Below are positions 49,701 to 61,600 of a stretch of 64,000 bases of DNA, one piece after another. The stretch is from positions 5,750 through 69,749 of the forward strand of contig NW_004798466.1 of the NCBI RefSeq assembly GCF_000002075.1, given 5' to 3'. The stretch comes from Aplysia californica (lineage: Eukaryota). The position numbers and the translations under genes are program-made. Positions within the stretch are counted from its first letter, which is position 1. Each line of letters opens with the position of its first letter. The notes beneath the pieces were generated by a model, which did not search any database, was not told the DNA's origin, and worked only from the letters and a program-made list of their open reading frames with translations.

Positions 49701-51009
49701 AGAGGGACTCTGGAGAACGATCTGAGTAGTTTTGGTGAAAATTAAATCGCTTATGCTTTTAATTATACGGTGATATTATTTTTTTCCCCATATCTATAGT
49801 GACGAAGTAATGTATCTGCGTCTATTAAAATTTGTTTATTAGAATGTATGTTAACTTAAGCTAAAGTCTTAAAAGTACAGTTTATGGCCGAGGGAGGCAT
49901 GCAGGGGCCGCGAGTTGCCTAAAATATGCGATAGAAATCACAGGCTTCCTACTTTGTTAAAGGCCTAGTAACCCAGTGAACTAATACAGACGGCGCTACA
50001 TTTTCTCATGACTTAACAGCATCCCTGAGCATCGCCGTATGGCATAAACTACCGCGCGTAAGTGTTTTCGCGCCCCGCGCAGGGCGATACGCGAAACAAT
50101 GCACTGTTGGGAGCGCCACCACGAGTGGCATCTCTCTGTTACTGTAAACCCTCTCTGGTTGGACCGAGAAACCCAAGCCCAACTTTTGAAGGCGCAGTGG
50201 TTGGCTACTATCAAGAATACATTGACATTCAACCATAAAGTTATCTCCTTTTTTTGTGCAATAGTGAAGTGTAAACCGATGCATTCAACTAAGAATAATA
50301 CAGGCCAAGTAATTCGATGATTTTCAAATGAAAAAGCGAAGCAAAAAATAAACGACACATTTAAAAGAAAAGCTTCTATCAGTTAACAGCAGTCTACTGC
50401 CATTCTCGCAACACCAACAAAGGCCGGCAGCGAAGTTTGAGACAGTGTGCTGAACTGTGCTGTTTTCCTGCAAGAAGAAGCTTTTGAATACAGACGGTGT
50501 TTTGTCAGTTTTGTCAGCGTTTTTGAACAGTTATAATACTACATACTGAGATTTATCTCTAGCCTTGTCTTAACACTCTTTTTCTAGATGTAATCAGTTG
50601 CGTGTTTCTATGACATGATGAGAATGAACTTTGGTAGCGTTAATTAAACTTAATTTAAACATTTAAATTTAAGTTAATTGCGACAGAACTTCGACAGAAG
50701 AGTGACGCTGTCGTGACAATTAATGCAGCGTTGATTGCGACAGAGTGAGTCTGACAAAAAGAATTTAAAAAGAAAATAGAAAAACATACAAATGCACACA
50801 CAGGCACTCACAAACACATCTAGTCTAGATCTAGATCTAGATCTAACTCTAAGTACATCATGTACAACAGTAGTACACACACTTGACACACACACACACA
50901 CTCACACTGCACTCACATATATACACAGACAAAGGCATTCCTGTTGTACCATTTGGCTCATTTTTTGCACAAATTTCACTAATAAATTTTATAAGTCACA
51001 CTGAGTGCC

Positions 51010-51763
51010 CCTGGTGAGAATAGCGCAGGCTAGTCTTTTGGCTATTCTCACCCGGTGTGTGTTCACCGTTATAGTCTAGGCCAACCAGTGTAGCATTCAC
51101 CCTGAACCACAGAATTGTACACTGTGATAACAGAATTGTAGAATTCAGTGCCGTGAACAAACGTTCCATTTCTACTGTTAGCCTAAAAGCGTGCAATTTT
51201 GTCTGTGGGCAGTGGAGAGAGAGAGAGAAAGAGAGGAGAGAGAGAGAGAGGAGTAGCGCGAGAACTGTGCAAAACAAAATGGCAACCCGCGTAGTTCGGC
51301 TCGATTCGAAAAGTTAAATAGCCGTAGCATTTTGTAGACGACCAAATTAATTTACTTTTGTGTTTTAACATCATATTTTAACTTTGTTTTTGTCAATTTG
51401 ATCGTCCACACCGATAAACAGTATTCAGAAAGAGACAGAGAGAGAGAGAGATAGGAGGAGTAGATCTTGCGAGAACTTCCGGGCAAAACAAAATGGCAAC
51501 CCGCGTAATTCGGCTCGATTCGAAAAGTGAAAATTTAGCCATGGCATCTTTGTAGACGATCAAATTAGCTTACTTTTGCGCTGTAACGTCATTTTTTCTA
51601 TGCTTTTATCAATTTGATCATCCACGCTGATAGACAGTATTCCGAAATTAGGAAACAGGTCTTGTTTCACAGCGGGTGAGAATAGCCAATGCTGGCAAGT
51701 CTCACCCGGGGTGAGAGGTCGATCGTATTTTTATTCTCACCCCGGGTGAGGATAACCACTTCC
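51010..51763 (-). mobile_element. Second copy of the CTCACCCGGGTGAG palindromic element, with an internal ~210-bp duplication
   Basis: Reverse-complement homology to 17574-18165; block aaaacaaaatggcaacccgcgta..tcggctcgattcgaaaag occurs at ~51271 and ~51485. Confidence 0.75.
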
Positions 51764-52625
51764 TTCTTATTTAGATCTAAACTGAATTAAAATTATATCT
51801 AATCTAGATCTAGATAGATATATATCAAGAGATTTATCTTTGAATCTAGGCTATAAATTTGTAATCTAGATCTAGAGATCTCTAGGTGTGTGTAGATGAT
51901 CTATTCTAGATCTAGAATCTAGATCTAGATTCACGTCCACAATGACTGTCATTCATATAGACAAACGGGACTGCAATTGTACAGGAGTGCCCAGACACTC
52001 ACACATACACTCACACACACAGACACAGGCACACACACACTAACGCACACCGCACGCTCTTTTGTGGCCTTACACACTCAACGCGCGCGCGCACACACAC
52101 ACACACACACGCAGTAAGCAAAACAAACTGCGTCCATTCATTGATCGCAAACAAGCATGGCCCCGGGTAGCACGAAATGTCAAAGGTGTTCTGCTATAAA
52201 CTACACCAATTAAAATCAAAATCTGAGTTTCTTTCGATTTCCAAAGATTGGTCAAAAGCACGGAAATTACTACACAATTAGGCTTAGTGTGATATATATC
52301 AAATTAAAAGCGTCAAATATAAAAAGCTATTACTATATAGTCAATAAATATTCAAGTGAAACGGATAAAAATGAACCAGAAAAGGGCTTCACAAAACCTG
52401 AACTGAAAATGGTAGTGAGAGCAAAAGAATACTGAGTATGTAATATTAATTTCATGTGTGCAGCCTCAGACTCTCAGGCTCAGGCCTTTGATTACAAGGA
52501 ATCCTCCAACTGTTTGCTGTGTTGTTGTTTTATTCCTCTTAAATATAGTTTAAGTTCAGACAAGGGACATCATCTTGTTTTGAATCTTTTCTTTTTATCA
52601 GTTCTTTTAAGGACACGAAAGCAAC

Positions 52626-52681
52626 ATGGCTGATGATGACGACAAAGGATACAGATGGGAGACCGAGTACGAGAAAACATG
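52626..52681 (+). CDS. GTF2H2: GTF2H2 coding exon 1
   Basis: [18 protein letters not shown](W); TG|gtacgt. Confidence 0.92.
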
Positions 52682-55600
52682 GTACGTAATCGATGAGTTC
52701 TTTCTGGTATGGGGAATATGGATATATAGAGGAATCAAACAGTTGAAAAATTTATGTTTAGTATGTGCATGTCTTGTTTTTATGGTTTCAGTAAACCCAT
52801 TTTCTGTTGACAGGTTGAAGTTACTCACCATTTTGTGCCATTACAGGAAATTAGAAGCTCATACTATTTTTTTTTTAAATGGATATAAAACTTATTTTGA
52901 GGGAAGGTACAAGATGCCTGTTCTGCTCCAAATTAGTTCTCTAAATGACTTTTTGCAGTGTGACTTTCAGGCTCACTAGTAACTTATGTCCCTGACACTC
53001 AAAATATTTTTTTCAATGATGCATCAAAAATTTAAACTTTTATCCAAACATGTCCTGATCTGAATATATTATGCTGTTTCATCTTTATGCCTAAATGAAA
53101 ATATTGATTACAAAACTTTTTTTTTCATTAGTTGTGTGGTTTTAATGTCCATTGATGGTAGGAAGACCTCACTTCAAGTGCCCACTTCTTTGCTATTTCC
53201 TTGTTTCACCTGTCTCTTTGTCTTGCTTCTCCCCCAGTTCTTATCGTCAGTTACCACATCAGTTTGATTTTTTAAAAACTCAAACAAACTTTCTTTTCTT
53301 CCTGTCGTAACGTATCAAACAATCCTCATCTCTCCACCTTCTTTTCTTTTGATGTGAATGTCTAGTAAGACCTCTAGTCTTCTGCAGTTATGTCACTTAT
53401 TTGTGTTGCAAGTTTTAGAGAACTCCACTAAAACTAAACATAAACTTTGCGTGTGAGTGTGTTAATTTTTGTTCTTCTACAGGGAAGAGCTCCAGGAGGA
53501 TGAGTCGGGCTCCCTCCAGGCCAGCGTCAACGACATTCTACACCGTGCCAAGAGAAGACAACTCCTGGAGAAAGTCACCAATGTGCGACTTGGGATGGTG
53601 AGTTCTGGGTGTCTTAATTTATTTTTTTTCACCTGTCATAAGATAATAAGAACAATGGACCTCTCTTCTGATGAAACATGTTTCTGTCATTTATAAGTGA
53701 AACATTTCTTTTACGCCAAGAAGTTGGTAATAATTTGCAGTTTACAATCGTTACGAAATGTACGGAGTTCAAAGTTAATTCACAATTGTTACTTCAGACA
53801 TTTTCTGTGTTTGAAGAATCATGATATTTTTATGTTTTTTGTAATTTTTAAAGTTTGTTTTTCTTGATTAATTTGTTTAGCAGTCTTTACAGAGCTTTTT
53901 TTGCCGCCAACTCTTTTAAAGGGTGAGAAATAGATAAATGAATGGATGGAAGAGACTATTGAGGTTTTTGCAGCGAGCATCAAAAGCTTTTCAGTTTGTG
54001 ATATGAATTTCGTTCCTTGCCCTACTGGAAACAAAGAATGTCTTCCACTACAGGAACTGCTGAAGTAGTCTCTAATAGTTGCTTGACTTTTTTTATGTAT
54101 GAAAGAGACAGTTCGTATCTGATTCATTGCTAAAGAAGGAGAAATCCTGAATACCACAAATTATAAAAGTAGGAATTTGCCCTTTTATATGTCCCCCAGT
54201 TTATGTAAATGTTCCGAGTTCACAAATGGGATTTCATTTTACAGCACTATGTGCTTGCAACTGATTCTATTTTTATTTTATTTTTTAAAAAGACATCAAG
54301 CTCATCTCTCCATCTGGGAATGGCATCACCTAAGAGCCTGAAAGTTGGCTGTTTTAGAAAATTCAGAGAAAGTTAAAATTGGTTGGCTTGGGGAGGGGAG
54401 GGGGATGTTTTCTTGCTATAATTTGGGCTATTTGCTATAATTTGCGCTGTAGCTTTAGATCGGACCTATACTTATGACTTATGAAATATGCTCTTTCTGC
54501 CAGCTCGTGAAGGCATGAGTGTCAATTTCTTGTCGCCAAACATAAATGTGTAATCAGCGAGCACACTGAGGACAAAGTGCTGATGGGTGTGGAGCCTCCA
54601 GCAAAACCTTTTGACAAATGATAAAGGGTTGCAATGTTAAGCCCGGGAGGACTCTGCAACTCACTTTATGTTTTCTCATGAAGCAAGACAAGAATGAAGA
54701 AAATGAAAATTTCCCTCCTCAGATGCGACACCTGTTTGTGGTCATCGACTTCTCCCTGGCCATGGCTGACCAGGATCTGAAACCTACGAGACATTTGGCT
54801 ACTCTGAAGGTGACGCATGTCATATTGACGGGGCTTTCTCATTTGCTGAATTGAGAATTAATTAGATAAATAATATACATTTTTAGGATACCAGTTTTAT
54901 TGATCTGTGTGGGTTAAACTGGGTTACAATTTCAAGTACAATGCATACATAAAATAATTATTAAAAGGTATTATATCTACCCAGTGTCCTACAAACACAG
55001 ACAGCTTTACATATATATTTGGTCTTTAAAAAGATTGTTGTTCTGTTGAAAGCGGTGTTACATGCTTTCTTTACCATACTGTAGTGTGCTGTTGAGCTGT
55101 TTGGGTAATCTCGTGTCCTTGACACATTCTTGTTCTGGTTGTCTTTGGGATCCCCAGCTGCTGGAATACTTTGTGGAAGAATACTTCGACCAGAACCCCA
55201 TCAGCCAACTGGGCATCATCATTTCATTGAACAAGCGAGCGGAAAAAATCACAGAACTCGGGGGTGAGTGAGTGAGTAAGTGAGTGGGAGAGTGAGTGAG
55301 TGAGTTAGTGAATGAATGGGTGAGTGAGTGGGTGAGTGAGTGAGTGGATGGGTGGGTGGGTGAGTATGTTGATAAGTGAGTGGGTGAGTGAGTGGGTGGT
55401 TGGGTCGGTGACTGATTGAGGATGAGATAAAGTGCTTTATTCATCTCCACATGATACTGGATACAGTTGTATGAATGGACAGGATGATATAACCAAGCTG
55501 TTTCTCACTATTTCTCTCTCTTCCAACTTCTTACAAAGAGAGAGTGTAAATAAGGTGGTTGGCAGGCACTCTGGTGTGGTTTGCTCTATCTGTCCTATCA

Positions 55601-58600
55601 AACATCTGTCGGCGTTATCAACTTCCCACTTTTGTGCTATTTCCCTGTTGTCCCTGTCTCTTTGTCTTGCTTCCCCCCCCCCCCAGTTCTTACTGTGTGT
55701 TACTCTATCAGTTTGTTTATTTTTAACTCAAACTTTTTGTCTTTCCTGTCAAACATCATCATCCTTATCTCTCCTCCTTCTTTCCTTTGTTGTTTACTCT
55801 CTAGCAACACCTCTAATCTTCAGCACTTATTTTACCTTTTTGTGTTGCAAGTGGTGTAAAACTGTTACAAAAACTAAAGCTGATAAATATACTCATCTCA
55901 TATGAGCGCCACTTCAGAAGAAAACTTGTTGTTGCTTTGAAGAAATTTTATTCACAAACCTGTCCCACATCCTGTATCTGCTAATCCACATTCCCCAAAT
56001 GTTGGCTGAACAGACGTCGATGCCTTCTGTGTTCACCACAATTAGAACTGTTTCAATCTTAGTGATGAATGCGATTCTTCTCTGAAAACTCAGTTGTTTA
56101 CTATGATCACAGATCTCTGTTTCAGATCTTCTTCTTCTTCTTCTATTCCGTGGTTGGGGCAACCCTGGGGCACCATTGCATCTGAAAACCAGCTCTCGCC
56201 ATCTATTTTTGTCCTCTGCTTTCCTCAGATTGTCACCCGTCATCTTTCCTGTCCACTCTGTACTGTTGTCCTCCCATCTCCTTCTCTGCCTTCCTCTCTT
56301 TCCATTTCCTTGTACAGTTCCTTGCAGGATTGTTTTGACAAGTCCTGTTGATCTTGTGACATGCCCATATCATTTTAATTTTCGTCTCTTCTCTGTGGTC
56401 AGTAGATCTTCATGCTGCCCCACTGCGTTGGTGATTCTCTTTCGTACTTCAGCATTGTAAAAGATGAATCCAGAATTTATTCCTCAAAGGTACTGATTTA
56501 CCTGTATGTTTGTTTTTTCTGTCTTCCTCCTTCTGTCCTTGGGTCATGGCAGGCAACCCTCGCAGACACATCAAGGCTCTCCAAGATCTTACCTCCCGTG
56601 CCTGCCAGGGCGAAATTTCCCTACAGAACAGTCTAGAACTTGCTCTGTCCACGCTCAGGTGAGCCGCATTGTGTGTGTGTGGGGGGTGGGGGGGGGGGGG
56701 GGGGTGGAGTCTTCTGTCTTGTGGGTTTGGTTTTGCCTTTGTTGTTTTAGGCCTTTATCAACACATGTTTCTCTTTTTCTTTCTTTCTTTTTCACTCTCT
56801 NNNNNNNNNNNNNNNNNNNNNNNNNNNNNNNNNNNNNNNNNNNNNNNNNNNNNNNNNNNNNNNNNNNNNNNNNNNNNNNNNNNNNNNNNNNNNNNNNNNN
56901 NNNNNNNNNNNNNNNNNNNNNNNNNNNNNNNNNNNNNNNNNNNNNNNNNNNNNNNNNNNNNNNNNNNNNNGAATATTATTGTTCTGTTCTCTTCGTCAAC
57001 ATATGAAAGCAAAGTAAGAGATGACCTAATTCTTCTTCCACTCGCACAGACTATAACGACATAGGAATTATGGGGGGAGGTTGGGTTGTTTTTTTTGGTA
57101 AGTGTTTTACGGTGCTCGCAACTGCATAAGTTCATATGAACGCGCGTGACACACTAAACATTTTTTCAGTTTGTAGAAAATTTTGAATTTTGCCCGGATG
57201 GCGGCCGAAGTCTACTCTTATCAATTTCGGACCACCAAGGGATCTTTAACATTCACAACCTGCACACTGGACATCCGATATTTTTCGCCCTTGTCCGAGT
57301 AGGCTAGGTGTAAATCTTTCCTACCAGAAGATTGGGGTGTGGCTGAAAGACAGTAGAAAGAAGGAGCCAAGGAGAAGCAGTGGCAAAGCTGCAGAAAGAG
57401 TCAGGAGCAAAAGAGGTGAGGGTGTTGGTGCAGAAAGTAGAGACAAAAACAGACGACAAAATATTGCTAGAGAGCAGGAAAGGAGACACTTTTAGAGAAG
57501 ACTATTTTTTGGTCGCTACCCAGATTTGAACCCGAGATCTTTGAATGAGAGGCGAACACCTTAACCTCTAGGCCACGAGAGCCCCCCACAGGAATTATGT
57601 GTCCACAGACATATGAGAGCAAAGTAAGAGCTGACCTAATTCTTCACACTTGATCTGGAGTGTACATAAATTGATAAGTAGGGACCAAATCAGAGTAGTC
57701 CTACAATGGGATACCGGGAAATGAAAGAGCTGATGCTCTAGCAAAGAAAGGAGCTAGCCTCCCTCAGCCTGATATTCCTACTGACTACACCACCTGCTGC
57801 CAAATGATCAAGTCAAACCTCAAGGAAGACTGGATGAACGATTCGGCCACAGGTACGACAGGAAGGATGATGTATGGCCACATGAATAAACCACTGGTCA
57901 AAGATCTAATCAATGAGTTGAGGAGAGGAGATCAATCCATAATCTTCCAACTTAGAACACAACATGTAAGCCTACCTTCAATCAACATCTCAACCGAATT
58001 GGAGTAAAGCAGTCTGCTGCCTGCCCTCTATGTGACTACTCTCAGAGACAGTGGAACATCATCTGTTCTTCTGTAGAAAACTAACTGATTTAAGAGGATG
58101 TTTTCTTCCCAAGCTACTCCACACATCTAACAGCCTGAACTCCTCAAGACAACAATTAGAACAGACATGCAGCTATTTAAGAATAGCATCATAATCATAC
58201 TGAAGAGTTAACGCTCAGATGCTACTGGATCACTAACAACAACAACAACCTAATCTTTCCACTCACACAGTCAGACTATAACAACACAGGGATGACTATT
58301 GTCCTGTTGTGTCCACAGACACATGCCGAGTCACGCCAGCCGCGAGGTCCTGTTCCTGATGGGCAGTCTGACCACGTGTGACCCGGGAGATGTGCGGGAG
58401 ACTGTCAAGGTGGGCTCTTGGTTTAGCTGTAGTGAGAGTTTCACAACATTTCCAACTCAGTTAGGTCTTTTAGGTGCTGGAAGTAGGGTCTGAATGTGTG
58501 CATCACCATGGTTTGTTGGTTGGGATAAATGTTTGTGAGTGTGTNNNNNNNNNNNNNNNNNNNNNNNNNNNNNNNNNNNNNNNNNNNNNNNNNNNNNNNN

Positions 58601-61600
58601 NNNNNNNNNNNNNNNNNNNNNNNNNNNNNNNNNNNNNNNNNNNNNNNNNNNNNNNNNNNNNNNNNNNNNNNNNNNNNNNNNNNNNNNNNNNNNNNNGACT
58701 GACTGACTTCGGTTTGATGTTCCATTCAGCAAAGGAAGATCAAAGCAGCCTGCTTCCTAAGTAATCTATTTTCTATAAATAAACACATAAAACATTGAAA
58801 GTCAATCTCCCTGCTTCCTGAATTATATATCTTCTATAAATAAACAACATAAAACGTTGAGCCTCTGCCTCCCTGTCTCCTAAATGATCTTCTATAAATA
58901 GACAACATAAAATTTTGAGACTCAATATCCCTGCTTCCTAAATGATCTATCTTCTATAAATAAACAACATAAAACATTGAACCTCTATCTCCCTGTCTCC
59001 TAAATGATCTATCTTGTATAAATAGACACATAAAACATTGAGCCTCTGTCTCCCTGTCTCCTAAATGATCTATCTTGTATAAATAGACACATAAAACATT
59101 GAGCCTCTGTCTCCCGTCTCCTAAATGATCTATCTTGTATAAATAGACACATAAAACATTGAGCCTCTGTCTCCCTGTCTCCTAAATGATCTCTCTTGTA
59201 TAAATAGACACATAAAACATTGAGACTCTATCTCCCTGTCTCCTAAATGATCTATCTTGTGTAAATAGACACATAAAACATTGAGCCTCTGTCTCCCTGT
59301 CTCCTAAATGATCTATCTTGTATAAATAGACACATAAAACATTGAGACTCGATCTCCCTGCCTCCTAAATGATCTATCTTGTATAAATAGACACATAAAA
59401 CATTGAGCCTCTGTCTCCCTGTCTCCTAAATGATCTATCTTGTATAAATAGACACATAAAACATCGAGCCTCTGTCTCCCTGTCTCTAGAAATGATCTAT
59501 CTTGTATAAATAGACACATAAAACATTGAGACTCTGTCTCCCTGTCTCCTAAATGATCTGTCTTGTATAAATAGACACATAAAACATTGAGACTCTATCT
59601 CCCTGCCTCCCCAGTCCATGGTCGAGGCCAACGTGCGGTGTTCTGTGATCGGTCTCAGCGCCGAGGTGCGGCTCTGCAAGACACTGGCTCAGCACACAGG
59701 AGGTGAGCAGCTTAGAGCCACTATAGGTTTCGTCTAGGCTTAGTAAGTGTTTTACGGCGCTTGCGACACAATACGGTCATGTAAGTGCCGAAGATTAGAG
59801 GTGATACTAACAAGTAACATGCAAAGAAAAGAAGGAGGAATGTTTTAGTTTAGTTTAGTTTTAGTAGAGGTTTTATGGCGCTCGCAACTTCGTAAGGTCA
59901 TATGAGCGCCAGAAGATTAGAGGTGTTACAAGAGAGTAACAAACATAAAAAGAAGAAGGGAAGGTGAGGACGACAGATATTTGATAGGAAAGAAGGAGCA
60001 AACCACACCAGAGCACCCGCCAACCGCCCGCAAGGAGGAGTGATAAGGATGACAGATGTTTGATAGGAAAGAAGAAGCAAACCACTCTAAAGCACCCACC
60101 AACCACCCACAGTTATTGAGTTAAAAGCCTGTCCAAATTTTGTGCAAGTAAACCCGCTGGCGCCCTGCAATAGGGACATAGCCTGTTGCTTCCACTCCTC
60201 GTGTGTGCCTGGGCTGGTAGAGACACTACAGCTTTGGGAAATGTTCTCCACTCCTTATTACTTGCCCTGAAGGGAAATGATTCTGCCTGTTGAAAAACTG
60301 TTTCCAAAGAGAGAAAATTGTTATCATGTTTTTTACTTCTCTATTGGAATTAACAATTTTAGGAAATTTTGTTATTAATTTAAACATGTGTGTGTTGCGG
60401 TCTTGGACAATTTTGATTTTAGTTATATCTTGTTTTTATTCTCTCCCTATTGAAATGTAGAAGCGGACATTTTGTTATGATGTAAACACATATGAAGAAA
60501 GAGTAAATTGTTGAGTATATATATCTAAATATACTGGCTTATGTAAGGTGATGTTGTTCCTGAAGATTTTGTATATATGTATCTAATGTCCAGACTTACG
60601 TAAGGTGATGTTGTTCCCGCAGGTAGCTACGGTGTCATCATAGACGAATCTCACTTCAAGGACCTGTTGGGTCAACAAGTCACTCCCCCGCCAGCTTCAG
60701 TCAGTCGATTTTTTGTTGTGTGCGATTTTTTAAATGTTGTCCTCTTGTCATGATCAGCGGGTAATTGGAGGGTGTGACTGGTAGGTCCTACTTCCTGTCT
60801 TTCCTTCTGTTATTTCTGTCTGTCTGTGTGGGTGGTTGGAGGGTGTGTCACTGGTAGCTTCTACTTCTTGTCTTTCACTCTAGTGTTTCTGTCTGTGAGA
60901 GTGGTTTGGGGGGGNNNNNNNNNNNNNNNNNNNNNNNNNNNNNNNNNNNNNNNNNNNNNNNNNNNNNNNNNNNNNNNNNNNNNNNNNNNNNNNNNNNNNN
61001 NNNNNNNNNNNNNNNNNNNNNNNNNNNNNNNNNNNNNNNNNNNNNNNNNNNNNNNNNNNNNNNNNNNNNNNNNNNNNNNNNNNNNNNNNNNNNNNNNNNN
61101 NNNNNNNNNNNNNNNNNNNNNNNNNNNNNNNNNNNNNNNNNNNNNNNNNNNNNNNNNNNNNNNNNNNNNNNNNNNNNNNNNNNNNNNNNNNNNNNNNNNN
61201 NNNNNNNNNNNNNNNNNNNNNNNNNNNNNNNNNNNNNNNNNNNNNNNNNNNNNNNNNNNNNNNNNNNNNNNNNNNNNNNNNNNNNNNNNNNNNNNNNNNN
61301 NNNNNNNNNNNNNNNNNNNNNNNNNNNNNNNNNNNNNNNNNNNNNNNNNNNNNNNNNNNNNNNNNNNNNNNNNNNNNNNNNNNNNNNNNNNNNNNNNNNN
61401 NNNNNNNNNNNNNNNNNNNNNNNNNNNNNNNNNNNNNNNNNNNNNNNNNNNNNNNNNNNNNNNNNNNNNNNNNNNNNNNNNNNNNNNNNNNNNNNNNNNN
61501 NNNNNNNNNNNNNNNNNNNNNNNNNNNNNNNNNNNNNNNNNNNNNNNNNNNNNNNNNNNNNNNNNNNNNNNNNNNNNNNNNNNNNNNNNNNNNNNNNNNN

